Source: an uncultured Gemmatimonadaceae bacterium (GTDB lineage: Bacteria > Gemmatimonadota > Gemmatimonadetes > Gemmatimonadales > Gemmatimonadaceae). Taken from it: a stretch of DNA of 64,000 nucleotides. Position numbers and translations under genes: made by a program. A model generated the notes under the pieces. That model did not search any database. It saw only the letters and a list, made by a program, of their open reading frames with translations, and was not told the DNA's origin. The stretch lies in the NCBI GenBank assembly GCA_963751275.1, contig CAVVTZ010000009.1, positions 1-64,000 on the forward strand, written 5' to 3'. Below are positions 8,884 through 18,698 of this stretch, one piece after another (position 1 is the first letter of the stretch; each line of letters opens with the position of its first letter).

Positions 8884-10860
8884 TCAGCGCTTCGGGCCGG
8901 CCAGCGACTCCTCCAGGCGCTGCAGCGCCGTGTCCGCGGGCGCGATGCCACGGGCGACGGCAATCTCGCGACGGGCGGCGGCGGTGTCGCCGAGCGCGAG
9001 CGCGATCCGCGCGGCGAGGACCGACCGCGCGAGGGGCGGCACGCCGCCCAGCATGATCGCCGTGTCGAGCTCGGCGCGCGCCTCGCCATCGCGGTGCGCC
9101 GCATGCAGCGCGGTCGCGTACTGGAATCGCATCGCCGGATCGCGCGGCGCCGCGGCCGCGCCGCGCGCGTACACGGGCGGCACGGAGTCCACGCCCCAGC
9201 GCTGGCGGTACGCGCGGGCCAGGAGCGTGTAGCGAAGCGAGCCGGCGGGATCCGGGGCGGGGGATCCCTCGATGGCCCGGATCACGGAGTCGGGACCGCG
9301 CTGTACGAGGAGGAGCTCCAGGTACGCCACACGCGCGGGCTGCGACATTGGGTGAGCGGCTGCCGCCGCGCGCAGCACCGCCAGCGCTTCCTCGCCGCGT
9401 CCATCCATGCGCAGGTGCTCCGCGTATTCGAGCGCGAGCGGCTCGCCCTCGGGATAGAGCGCGTACGCCTTGGCGAGGTACGCCATGGCGCGCGCGTCGT
9501 CTCCTTGCCGGCCGTACCAGCGCGCGAGCTGCTGATACGGATAGAAGGCGGCGGGGTCGTAGCTGATGCCGCTCAGGAAGAGCGTCTCGCCGCTCGCCCA
9601 CACGCTGGCGCGCAGCGTGCTGCGCACCGCGCCGGCGGCCGCGACGCCGAGCACGAGCGCGGTCACGATCGGCCGGGCGTTCGGGATCCGGTCATCGGCG
9701 CGCGCGATCGCCCACGCGATGAGCATCACGGCGCCGGCCGACGGGAAGAACAGCATCCGGTCGGCGAGGAGGACCCCCGTCGGCACGAGAATGTTCGACG
9801 CGGCGAGATAGGCGAGGGCGATCCAGGCGAGGGCCGTCAACGGACGCCGGTCGCCGCGAGCGGCGAACCACGAGGCTGCGGCGAAGGCGCCGAGCACGAC
9901 CGCGATCGAGAGCGCGGCCGACATGGAGACCGCGTCGTGCGGCGTCACGACGGTGGTGCCGTAATACATCGACATGGACGCCGGCCAGAAGAGCAGCCCG
10001 CCGACGAGCGGCCAGGCGGCCGTCATGGTCCACAGGCGATGCGCGAAACCGGCGCCGCGCAGTCCGAAGGCGAGCGCGCTCTGCGGCGGCGCGAGGTCGT
10101 GCAGCACGGCGGCGCGCGCGGCGAGCATCAGGAGCAGCGCGACGGTGCACGCCGTCCACGCGCGCCAGCCGCGGCGGATCACTTGCCATAAGGAAGGTCC
10201 GTCGCGATCGCCAGGCGTGCGCCATCCCCAGATGAACACCGCGCCAAGCGCCGGCAGCGTCGCCGCGGATTCCTTGGCGCCGATCGCGATGGCGTATAGC
10301 AGCGCCGCGCCGAGCGCGGGCGCCCAGGGAATGTCGCCGTCGCGCGCCGCGGCCGCGTTCGCGAGCACGGCGAGGAGGGCGAAGCTCGCGAGCGCGGCGA
10401 GCGTGTCCACCGATCCGACGATGTTCGCCACCACTTCGACGTGCACCGGATGCACGGCGAAGAGCAGCGCGCCGAGCAGCGCGGCGCGCGGCGGGAGCGC
10501 GCGCGCGAGCAGCCAGAGGAACGCCACCGCGCAGGCCGCGTGAAGCGCGATCGTGCACACGTGGAACGGCCACGCCGCGCCGCCGCCGAGGTTCCAGAGG
10601 AGCGCGTACATCCACTGCACCACCGGGCGGTAGATCCCGGCCGCCCCCATGGACGATGGCCAGTACGGGACATGCCAGGCAGCGAGCAGGCCGGACGGCC
10701 CATGCAGCGCGTCGTTCTCCACGATGAAGACGACGTCGTCGTACACGAAGCCGTAGCGCAGCGTGGCCAGGTACGGGAGGATCGCGGCGAGCGCGACGAG
10801 CGCCGCCGCGCGCGGCGGCGGAGCGCCGGCTCCGGTCGCCGAGTGGCGGAAGATGTTCAA
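8884..10860 (-). CDS. TMTC-like GT-C glycosyltransferase with C-terminal TPRs
   Basis: GFVYDD, YRP, FAVHPVHVEVVA, KES, ADRMLFFPS, many TM helices, TPR tail. Confidence 0.85.
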   Translation of the reverse strand: MNIFRHSATGAGAPPPRAAALVALAAILPYLATLRYGFVYDDVVFIVENDALHGPSGLLAAWHVPYWPSSMGAAGIYRPVVQWMYALLWNLGGGAAWPFHVCTIALHAACAVAFLWLLARALPPRAALLGALLFAVHPVHVEVVANIVGSVDTLAALASFALLAVLANAAAARDGDIPWAPALGAALLYAIAIGAKESAATLPALGAVFIWGWRTPGDRDGPSLWQVIRRGWRAWTACTVALLLMLAARAAVLHDLAPPQSALAFGLRGAGFAHRLWTMTAAWPLVGGLLFWPASMSMYYGTTVVTPHDAVSMSAALSIAVVLGAFAAASWFAARGDRRPLTALAWIALAYLAASNILVPTGVLLADRMLFFPSAGAVMLIAWAIARADDRIPNARPIVTALVLGVAAAGAVRSTLRASVWASGETLFLSGISYDPAAFYPYQQLARWYGRQGDDARAMAYLAKAYALYPEGEPLALEYAEHLRMDGRGEEALAVLRAAAAAHPMSQPARVAYLELLLVQRGPDSVIRAIEGSPAPDPAGSLRYTLLARAYRQRWGVDSVPPVYARGAAAAPRDPAMRFQYATALHAAHRDGEARAELDTAIMLGGVPPLARSVLAARIALALGDTAAARREIAVARGIAPADTALQRLEESLAGPKR

Positions 10861-11046
10861 GGGCTGCTCGTCATTTTGAATGCGTCGCCTGTCGGAGCGG
10901 TTGGGCCTGCAGCAACCATTGAGTCGTTCCTATGTCGGAGAGCCGATCCAAGTCCCGATGCCAACCTACTCGGCGAGTTCGACCACTATAAGGTCGAGTG
11001 AGAGAGGTGGTAAGACGAAGAGTCGTGTGCGCGCGCGCGAATTCAC

Positions 11047-11075
11047 TTCACTCGCCGGGCGATCACACCTATATT
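11047..11075 (+). promoter_or_regulatory. Putative sigma70 promoter of tRNA-Cys
   Basis: TTCACT-17 bp-TATATT about 46 bp upstream of the tRNA. Confidence 0.45.
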
Positions 11076-11121
11076 CATCGGACCCCCTGCGGCCGTTGGT
11101 CGTAAGCCGTTGGACAACTGC

Positions 11122-11193
11122 GGCGCGGTAGCCAAGTGGTAAGGCAGCGGTCTGCAAAACCGCTATTCGCCGGTTCGATTCCGGCCCGCGCCT
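11122..11193 (+). tRNA. tRNA-Cys (GCA)
   Basis: Complete cloverleaf: GGCGCGG/CCGCGCC acceptor, GCGGT-CTGCAAA-ACCGC anticodon arm, GCCGG-TTCGATT-CCGGC T arm; CCA not encoded. Confidence 0.97.
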
Positions 11194-11198
11194 CTCAG

Positions 11199-11246
11199 GA
11201 ACGACAACGCGCGCCCGGCGACATGGCCGGGCGCGCGTTGTCGTTC
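11199..11246. terminator. 21-bp-stem hairpin between the convergent tRNA and lipoprotein gene
   Basis: GAACGACAACGCGCGCCCGGC-gacatg-GCCGGGCGCGCGTTGTCGTTC perfect stem. Confidence 0.75.
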
Positions 11247-11258
11247 ATGCGACCGCGC

Positions 11259-12869
11259 CTATGGCGAACTGAAGGCCACCAGCCCCGTGCGGTCCACGGC
11301 GTACACCAGGCCGCCCTTCGACGGATCGTTCACGATCACGGGGTCCCACACCGCGGTCGACGATGTGAGCACGAAGTGCGAGAGCTCGTGGCCAGTGGTG
11401 AGTTGCAGCACGTGGATGCCATCATAGCTCGACGTCGCGATCAGCGTGCCGCTGCCGAGTGCGGCGGCGAGCGTGGTGGTGGGACCCGCGATCGAACCGA
11501 TGTACGTGCTCAGGCCGTTGATCGTCGCGGAGCGCCAGAGGAGTGCGCCGGTGGCCGCGCTGTGCGACTCGACGCCGGTGGAGGTCGCAATGATCACCGC
11601 GCGATTCGCGATGACCGGCGCCTGCTGCCCGGGGCTCGTCACGGCGGCGGACCAGACGACGTGCAAGTCCGACTGCGCGCGCGCGACCAGTGTGTTGTTG
11701 TTCTCGATCAGGTACACCTGCGTCGCATCCGCGCTGATCTTGCTCGACGGTTTCGTGCCGACGAACGCGATCCGCGTGCCGGCGGATTTCGACAGGGCAT
11801 ACACGCCGGGAAGCGGCGGATTGGTCACCGTGGTCGCCGCCCAATAGTCACCGGCCACGAACAGCGTGGAACCGCTGAGCGCGATGCCGGCGATGTCGTC
11901 GTAGCCGTCGCCGCGCACGGTGCCGTAGCTGTTCGCGGTCCACGTCTTCGTGCCGCTGGTGGTCATGCGCGCGACGAAGGGACCCGGTCCGTCCACGTGC
12001 CAGCGGTGATCCACGTACAGCGCGGTATCGGGGAGCGTCTCGCCCCAGCGGTCCACGCCGCTGAACCAGAGCCGCGACCCCGTGCCGGTGTCGAGAAAAC
12101 CGATCCCGTCATCCTGGAACACGAACCGCGTGCCCCACACCGAGCCCCACTGTCCGATGTTGGTGTCGTAGCCGCCGTCGAAGGTCCAGGCGCGGGTGCC
12201 ACTGGTGGTGACGCGGTCCACATTGGTCGCGCCGGTGTAGCCGCTGCCGAGCACCGACTGCGCGCTCCACTGGAGGAAGATCGCGTCGGCGGTGGGCAAT
12301 GCGTTCAGCACGTACTGGAACGGGCGCGTGCTGCTCGGCGCGGCCGGCGTGTAGCGCCAGAGCTTCGTGAGCGGGCCTTTGACGCTGGCCTGCGATGCGC
12401 CGGCGCGAGAGCCGTCGTGGCCGTAGGTCATCCAGTCGTCGCGCACGCCCGGCGCCGCGGCGGTCGCGTTGAAGGTGAGCTTGGTGGACAGTCCGCTGGT
12501 GGTCGCGATGACGGTGCTCGTGCCCGCCGTGGCGCCGAAGGTGAGCGTCGCCTTGGACTGCCCGGAGCGGTCGGTGACCGACGACGGCGCGTCCAGCGCG
12601 CCCTGGCCGGCGAGCGCCCACGTGATCGTGAGCCCCTCGATAGGCACGGTGTCGGCGTCGGTGACCTTCACGACGAACGGCCTCGGAGCCGCCGTGTTGA
12701 TCACGCCGAACTGGTCGTTCCCGCTGACGATCGTGAACGCCGCCGGCGGGCCATGGCTGACCTTGGTGCTGTCATTGCAAGCGACCAACACGAGCGATGC
12801 GACAGCGAGCGTCGCGGCCAGTGGTACGGCCGCGAGCGTGCGCGAGGATCTCGGGATCATCGGGACCAT
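11259..12869 (-). CDS. Lipoprotein with Ig-like domain and PQQ/BamB-like beta-propeller
   Basis: Lipobox LVAC; IVSGNDQFG...TDRSGQS Ig-like unit; DWMTYGHDGSRAG and propeller W repeats; Thr/Ser rich. Confidence 0.8.
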   Translation of the reverse strand: MVPMIPRSSRTLAAVPLAATLAVASLVLVACNDSTKVSHGPPAAFTIVSGNDQFGVINTAAPRPFVVKVTDADTVPIEGLTITWALAGQGALDAPSSVTDRSGQSKATLTFGATAGTSTVIATTSGLSTKLTFNATAAAPGVRDDWMTYGHDGSRAGASQASVKGPLTKLWRYTPAAPSSTRPFQYVLNALPTADAIFLQWSAQSVLGSGYTGATNVDRVTTSGTRAWTFDGGYDTNIGQWGSVWGTRFVFQDDGIGFLDTGTGSRLWFSGVDRWGETLPDTALYVDHRWHVDGPGPFVARMTTSGTKTWTANSYGTVRGDGYDDIAGIALSGSTLFVAGDYWAATTVTNPPLPGVYALSKSAGTRIAFVGTKPSSKISADATQVYLIENNNTLVARAQSDLHVVWSAAVTSPGQQAPVIANRAVIIATSTGVESHSAATGALLWRSATINGLSTYIGSIAGPTTTLAAALGSGTLIATSSYDGIHVLQLTTGHELSHFVLTSSTAVWDPVIVNDPSKGGLVYAVDRTGLVAFSSP

Positions 12870-12971
12870 CCGGTGTGTGTGAGCCGGTCGAACGCTAGAC
12901 GGCTCGACAGGCACTGGGCAACCGAATGGAAGGCGTTCAATTTCGCGAAGCGTGGAACGCTTCTTGCCCGG

Positions 12972-14681
12972 TCACTCCGTGTCGGTTCGCACCTGGAACG
13001 CGGGCGGCTTGTAACCGGGCGGGCGTTGCGCCTCCGGGATGGTCACGGTGTTGCCGTCGCGCAGCGCGAAGAAGCTCGGCGACATGATCTCGACGCCGGC
13101 GGCGTTGAACTTCTCCTGGATGTTGCGGTGGAGTTCGCCGCGGATCACCGGCTGCCGGTCGGCGCGCTTGGTGTACGCGTTGATCTGGTAGGACACATTG
13201 AAGTCGCCGAGCGCGGACTGCAGCACGAAGGGCGCGGGGTCCGCCTCGACGTTCTCGGTGGCGCGGGCGGCGGCGATGAGCAGCTCGTGCACGGTGCGCC
13301 AGGGCGCGTCGTAGCCGATGGTCACCGTGGTATGCAGGATCAGCTTCCCGGCCTGGGCCTGTGCGGTGAAGTTCTCGATCGGCCCCGCGAGCACCACGCC
13401 GTTCGGCACGGAGATCTCCACGTTCTTGAGCGTGCGCAGGCGCGTCACGAGCAGCGTGCGCGAGATGACCGAGCCCTCCTCCGCGCCGATGCGCACCCAG
13501 TCGCCAACATGGAAGGCGCGCGAGTACAGCAGCACCATGCCCGCCATCAGGTTCGAGATGGCCGAGCTCGAGCCGAAGGACAGCAGCGCGCCCAGGAAGA
13601 TCGAGACGCCCTTGATCGCGTCGGAGTTCGCGCCCGGCAGGTACGGGAACATCAGCGCGAACGACAGGGCGACGAGCAGTCCGCGCGCGATCTGGTACGT
13701 GGGCATCGCCCACTCGGGGTCGAAATTCTCGAGCTTGACGTTGCCCGAGCGAACCGCTTCGAAGAATCCGCGCAACGCGCGGAGCACGACGCGCGCGCCG
13801 AACGCGATGATGATGACGATGACGAGATTGGGCAGGTAGTCCACCACCGCGCTGGCCGCGCTCTTCAGCGGCGTGAGCACGGACGCGACGAGCCGCATCG
13901 CGAACGCGGCCGTCTGCGGGAAGACGCTGAGCACGCCCGGCACGTAGGCGGCGATCACCACGAGCGTGAAGGCCGCCCGCACGAGCTTCGTGAGCCCGAT
14001 GAGAAGATCTACGACCCGGTCGGCGGTGAGGCCCTGGATGCCGAGCCCGGCGATCGAGCCCGTGAGCTTCGCGCGGCTCCCGTCGAGCGCGCGTTGGATG
14101 CGCGGGAAGGCGAAGTTCGCGAGCAGGAGGAGCAGCAGCATGACGGCGGTCTGCACCGCCGCGATGCCGGCGTCGCGCCAGAGCGCGCCGGTGGTGCGAT
14201 GCGCGGCCGCGAGCGGCAACACGTCGCGGATGCGCTGGGCGTAGCGCTGCGCGGCGGCCGCACGATCGAGCCCCGCGCCCGCGGCATCCGAATCGGTCAC
14301 GAAGAACAGCGGCTGGCGCGCGAGGGTGACCTCGGATCGCCGCTCCTCGTCGATCACCCCGATCGAATCCGCCGCCGCCGGACCGTTCTTCGCGATCTTC
14401 GCGAGCGCGACGGCGACTCGCTTCGCGCGCTCGGCGCTCGAGTAGGCGTTGGTGCCGTCGTAGAGGAAGAAGAGGGTGTCGCCGTCCAACACGACCGGAC
14501 TGCCTAACTCGGCCTGGTCAACGGCGGACGTCGACTGTCGACTGGCGGCTGTCGGTACGGCAGCGGCGGTCTGCGGCGACTGGGCGCCGAGGTGCGCCGT
14601 CGCAAGGAAGAACAGCGCGGTGGCGGTCGCCTTGCCGATAGTCGACAGCCGACAGCCGAGATCCGCTCTTCGAGGTCTCAC
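12972..14681 (-). CDS. MscS-family mechanosensitive channel with periplasmic N-terminal domain
   Basis: GTG overlapping the amidase stop; GSSSAISNLMAG, FHVGDWVRIG, ISVPNG, IGYDAPW, AGVEIMSP. Confidence 0.9.
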   Translation of the reverse strand: MRPRRADLGCRLSTIGKATATALFFLATAHLGAQSPQTAAAVPTAASRQSTSAVDQAELGSPVVLDGDTLFFLYDGTNAYSSAERAKRVAVALAKIAKNGPAAADSIGVIDEERRSEVTLARQPLFFVTDSDAAGAGLDRAAAAQRYAQRIRDVLPLAAAHRTTGALWRDAGIAAVQTAVMLLLLLLANFAFPRIQRALDGSRAKLTGSIAGLGIQGLTADRVVDLLIGLTKLVRAAFTLVVIAAYVPGVLSVFPQTAAFAMRLVASVLTPLKSAASAVVDYLPNLVIVIIIAFGARVVLRALRGFFEAVRSGNVKLENFDPEWAMPTYQIARGLLVALSFALMFPYLPGANSDAIKGVSIFLGALLSFGSSSAISNLMAGMVLLYSRAFHVGDWVRIGAEEGSVISRTLLVTRLRTLKNVEISVPNGVVLAGPIENFTAQAQAGKLILHTTVTIGYDAPWRTVHELLIAAARATENVEADPAPFVLQSALGDFNVSYQINAYTKRADRQPVIRGELHRNIQEKFNAAGVEIMSPSFFALRDGNTVTIPEAQRPPGYKPPAFQVRTDTE

Positions 14682-16282
14682 AGTTCCGCCGTCGCCAGGA
14701 ATCGCGGGGGCCGGCGCATCTTGGAGGCCTGTTCGTAGGCGTAGGCGAGCTTGATCAGCGTCGGTTCGGACCACGCGCGGCCGAAGAAGCTCACGCCCAC
14801 GGGAAGTCCGAAGGTGTAGCCCGCGGGGACCGTGATCGAGGGGTAGCCCGCGATCGCCGCGGGGGTGGAACTGCCGCCGCTGTCGGCATCCCCGTTCACG
14901 AGATCGATCGGCGTGGGCGGGGCGGACGTTGGCGCGACGAGCGCGTCGAGGTTGTACTTGTCCATCGTCGCGTCGATCCCCTCGGTGCGCGCGAGGCGAA
15001 TGCACTCGGCGCGCGCGTCGAGATAGGCCTGCTCGGTGAGCGGCCCCTTCGCCTGCGACTCGAGGAAGATCTCCTGGCCGAAGTACGGCATCTCCTGCGC
15101 GCGGTGCGCTTCGTTGAACGCGATGAGGTCGGCGAGGGTGCGGGCGTTCGCGCCGGGAGCGAGCCCGGCGAGATACGCGTCGAGGTCCGCCTTGAATTCG
15201 TAGAGGAGCACTTCGTATTCCGGCTTGCCCATCTTGCCGGCGGTCTCGATCGGCGCGGGGTCGATGATGATCGCGCCGGCGTCGCGCATGACCTTGATCG
15301 CCGCGTCCACGAGCGCATCGGCCTTGGGGCTGTAGCCGAAGTAATGCGGGCGCGGCACGCCGATGCGCGCGCCGGCGAGTCCCTTGGCGTCGAGGAACTT
15401 CGTGTAGTCGGGCGCGATGTGCCCCCTGGCCGCGGCGGTGGCGGGATCGCGCGGATCCTCGCCGGCGATCACGCTGAGCACGATCGCCGCGTCGGTGACC
15501 GTGCGCGCCATCGGGCCGGCGGTGTCCTGGCTGTGCGAGATCGGGATGATGCCGGAGCGGCTGACGAGTCCGACGGTGGGCTTGATGCCCACGATCGAGC
15601 AGCGCGATGAGGGATCGACGATCGAACCATCGGTCTCCGTGCCGATCGCGACGGCGCAGAGATTCGCGGCGACGGCGGCGCCGGAGCCAGAGCTCGACCC
15701 CGACGTGGTGCGGTCGAGCGCATACGGATTCCGGCACTGGCCGCCGCGGGCGCTCCAACCGCTCGTGCTGTGCGTGCTCCGGAAGTTCGCCCACTCGCTG
15801 AGATTCGTCTTGCCCAGGAGCACGGCGCCGCCGGCTCGCAGGCGCTCGACGATGAACGCATCGCGGGGCACGCGGGATCCGGCGAGCGCGAGCGATCCGG
15901 CGGTGGTCTGCATCCGGTCTCTCGTGGCGATGTTGTCCTTGAGCAGCACGGGAACGCCGTGCAGCTGAGTGGTGACCTCGCCGCGCTGCCGGTCGGCGTC
16001 GCGCGCGGCGGCGTCGGTATTCGCGTCGGGATTCAGCTCGATCACCGCGTGCAGCGCGGCGTTCCGCGCGCCGATGCGGGCGATGTACTCGCCGGCGATG
16101 GTGGCGGCGTCGGTCGCGTTGTTGCGCATGAGATCCTGGAGCTGCGCGATGGTGATCTCATCCAACTGCGGGCGCTCGGCGCCCGGCGCCAGGCGCTCGG
16201 CAACGGCAACTGCGCGCTGGAGCGGGACCACGGCTCCGGCGGCGACCGCTCCCGCGACGAATTCCCTCCGTGTGGGCGACAT
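14678..16282 (-). CDS. Tat-exported amidase (amidase signature family)
   Basis: TRREFV Tat motif; LKDN, GKTNLSEWAN, SGSSSGSGAA, GTETDGSI. Confidence 0.95.
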   Translation of the reverse strand: MSPTRREFVAGAVAAGAVVPLQRAVAVAERLAPGAERPQLDEITIAQLQDLMRNNATDAATIAGEYIARIGARNAALHAVIELNPDANTDAAARDADRQRGEVTTQLHGVPVLLKDNIATRDRMQTTAGSLALAGSRVPRDAFIVERLRAGGAVLLGKTNLSEWANFRSTHSTSGWSARGGQCRNPYALDRTTSGSSSGSGAAVAANLCAVAIGTETDGSIVDPSSRCSIVGIKPTVGLVSRSGIIPISHSQDTAGPMARTVTDAAIVLSVIAGEDPRDPATAAARGHIAPDYTKFLDAKGLAGARIGVPRPHYFGYSPKADALVDAAIKVMRDAGAIIIDPAPIETAGKMGKPEYEVLLYEFKADLDAYLAGLAPGANARTLADLIAFNEAHRAQEMPYFGQEIFLESQAKGPLTEQAYLDARAECIRLARTEGIDATMDKYNLDALVAPTSAPPTPIDLVNGDADSGGSSTPAAIAGYPSITVPAGYTFGLPVGVSFFGRAWSEPTLIKLAYAYEQASKMRRPPRFLATAEL

Positions 16283-16283
16283 G

Positions 16284-17966
16284 TCAGGGCGCCGAGCCGG
16301 CGACGGACACGCCCTGCTCGAAGATCACGTCCACGGGGACGCCGAGCGAGGCGAGGCGGGCGAGATCCTTCTGCGTCTCGGGGGTGATCTTGCCGTATTG
16401 ATCGTTGAAGGCGCCGACGCCGGCGTAGTCGCCGTCGCCCTGCAGGGTGAGGATCTTCGTGGCGAGTGCGTTCATGCCCGCGCGGAACTTGTCGAAGTCC
16501 ACGCGGTAGCGCGCGGTGGCGCTGTCGCGCGTGAAGGCGCCCTGCTGCTGCAGGAAATTGAAGGCCACGATGTTGGCGCGGCCGTGCGCATCGGCGGCGC
16601 TGAAGCGCATCGAGCGGAAGAGGCTCGCGAGGAAGCTCACGTAATTCGCGCGAACGTCCTCCTTGCCGAGATCGCCGCGCGTGTTGAGTTCCTGCACCAT
16701 GCGCAGGCCGAGGATGTCGGCCTTGCCCTCTTCCAGCGCGCCGGCGCGCTCCTTGAGCGCCATGCGCACCGTGACCTTGCCGCCGCCGTTGAGGGTGTTC
16801 TTGATGCCGAGCCCGTGCGCGACCTCGTGGAACATCGTGTTCTCGAAGAAGGCGTCGAAGTTCAGGTACGGCAACTGGTCATCGGCGATGAGCGACTTCG
16901 CGATGGGCATGAGGATGACGTCGAACTTCGCGCGCATGGCGTTCTTGAGCTGGAGGCGGCGCGTGCCGGCCTTGCTCTGCACGACCTCATCATTGGGGAG
17001 ATTGATCGCGATCGTCTTCGCGCCGGTGTTCGCCTGGCCGGCGTAGTAGAGCACGTCGTAGGCGTTGAGGTCGGACGCGGTGCCTTCGAGCTTCGGCCGG
17101 TAGGCGGCAGGCACGGGCAGGCCGGCCTGCAGCGACGGGAGCATCGCGGTGTAGCGCGCGAGGCGCGCGCTCCACGCCTTGTCCTTCACGAGCACGACGC
17201 CCTCGTGCGCGGCCTTGTAGCCGAACAGTTCATCCTCGTAGGTCTCGGTGGGACCGACCACGATGTCGAGCGTGTTGTTCTTCATCGCCATCCACGCGTA
17301 GTCGGATGGCTGATAGTCGTCGTTCTGGAGCGCGGCGGCCTTCATGGTCAGGTACTTCTTGAGGCCGGGGTCGTCGGCGAGTTTGGCGGCGGCGAGCAGC
17401 TTCTGCGCGGCGATGCCGTGCGCGGCGGCGAAGAACTTGGAATACGGAACGGCGGTGAGGCGGCCGTTCGCATCGCGCCGGATCATCGTGTAGAGGCTCT
17501 TGAGCGAATCGCCGCGCGCCTTGCTGGTGGCGGCGGCGGAATCGAACTCGCTCTTGGTCATCCCCGGCGGGTAGAAGTTCGCGCCCTCGGGCTTGGGCCC
17601 GATCTCGGGGACGAACGGCGCGTTGTTGCCGAGGCGGTTCCACGGGCCATAGTTGATCTCGACGAGCTTGCGCGCGTCGGCGCCGGGGACGTGCTGCAAG
17701 AGCGAGTCGCGGTTGCCGTACGCCTCGGTCCAGAAGGGCGCGTTCATCGCGTCGGCGGCCTCGATGAGCAGCGGGATCATCTGCTGCTCGTTCGGCGTGA
17801 GCGCCTTCATGTCGGTGGTGAGTTTCACCGTGGCGTACTGCGCGAGGAGCGTCGAGTCGCCGACGGCGGGCGCGGAGTTCATCATCGCGGGCTTCTGGGG
17901 GAGGGACTCGCGTTTGCAGGCGGCGAGGGCGAGGACGATGAAGATGGCGGATCGCATGCGGGGCAT
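16284..17966 (-). CDS. Dipeptidyl-peptidase III family (M49) zinc peptidase lipoprotein
   Basis: Lipobox LAAC; AINLPNDE, MFHEVAHGLG, LEEGKADILG. Confidence 0.88.
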   Translation of the reverse strand: MPRMRSAIFIVLALAACKRESLPQKPAMMNSAPAVGDSTLLAQYATVKLTTDMKALTPNEQQMIPLLIEAADAMNAPFWTEAYGNRDSLLQHVPGADARKLVEINYGPWNRLGNNAPFVPEIGPKPEGANFYPPGMTKSEFDSAAATSKARGDSLKSLYTMIRRDANGRLTAVPYSKFFAAAHGIAAQKLLAAAKLADDPGLKKYLTMKAAALQNDDYQPSDYAWMAMKNNTLDIVVGPTETYEDELFGYKAAHEGVVLVKDKAWSARLARYTAMLPSLQAGLPVPAAYRPKLEGTASDLNAYDVLYYAGQANTGAKTIAINLPNDEVVQSKAGTRRLQLKNAMRAKFDVILMPIAKSLIADDQLPYLNFDAFFENTMFHEVAHGLGIKNTLNGGGKVTVRMALKERAGALEEGKADILGLRMVQELNTRGDLGKEDVRANYVSFLASLFRSMRFSAADAHGRANIVAFNFLQQQGAFTRDSATARYRVDFDKFRAGMNALATKILTLQGDGDYAGVGAFNDQYGKITPETQKDLARLASLGVPVDVIFEQGVSVAGSAP

Positions 17967-18065
17967 GATGGATCTCCGGAGCGTGAGGCGCGGCGCGAAG
18001 CGCGCGGCGAGAGAGAGTGAGATTGGCACGGAACGACCGTGGAATCAACCGGTCCCACTCGATAT

Positions 18066-18698
18066 GAACGGCGTGAGGCGAACCCCGAACGCCGTTCTTG
18101 GTCACCCGAACGCCGTGAGGCGCGAGGCGTGCGACGAACTGATTGAACGGCGTGAGACGAGACCCGAACGCCGTGAGGCGCGAGGCGTGCGACGAACTGA
18201 TTGAACGGCGTGAGACGAGACCCGAACGCCGTGAGGCGTGAGGCGTGCGCCGGACGGATTGAACGGCGTGAGACGAGACCCGAACGCCGTGAGGCGTGAG
18301 GCGTGCGCCGGACGGATTGAACGGCGTGAGACGAGACCCGAACGCCGTGAGGCGTGAGGCGTGCGCCGAACTGATTGAACGGCGTGAGACGAGACCCGAA
18401 CGCCGTGAGGCGTGAGGCGTGCGCCGGACTGATTGAACGGCGTTCGGGGTGCGCCTCACGCCTCACAATCCGTCCGGCGCACGCCTCACGCCTCACGGCG
18501 TTCGGGGTGCGCCTCACGCCCCACAGTCAGTTCGTCGCACGCCTCACGCCTCACGGCGTTCGGGGTGCGCCTCACGCCCCACAGTCAGTTCGTCGCACGC
18601 CTCACGCCTCACGGCGTTCGGGGTGCGCCTCACGCCCCACAGTCAGTTCGTCGCACGCCTCACGCCTCACGGCGTTCGGGGTGCGCCTCACGCCGTTC
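18066..18698. repeat. Mirror-symmetric tandem array of 58-bp units (about 6 forward plus 4.5 inverted)
   Basis: Forward units at 18105, 18163, 18221, 18279, 18337, 18395; inverted units at 18439, 18497, 18555, 18613, 18671; 29-bp terminal inverted repeats with one mismatch. Confidence 0.95.

Noticed and set aside
11122..12900. Genomic island integrated at tRNA-Cys
   Set aside because: No integrase and no duplicated tRNA 3' end seen in the window
11136..14507. Very long antisense ORFs (also 15969-18020, 24715-28365, 31042-33582, 36927-39272, 58842-61220)
   Set aside because: Arg/Ala/Gly-rich shadow frames of high-GC genes with no motifs; only the 25650-25165 part of 24715-28365 is real
18066..18698. 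CRISPR array
   Set aside because: No unique spacers (the variable part is ~12 bp and recurs), orientation flips midway, and no cas genes are present
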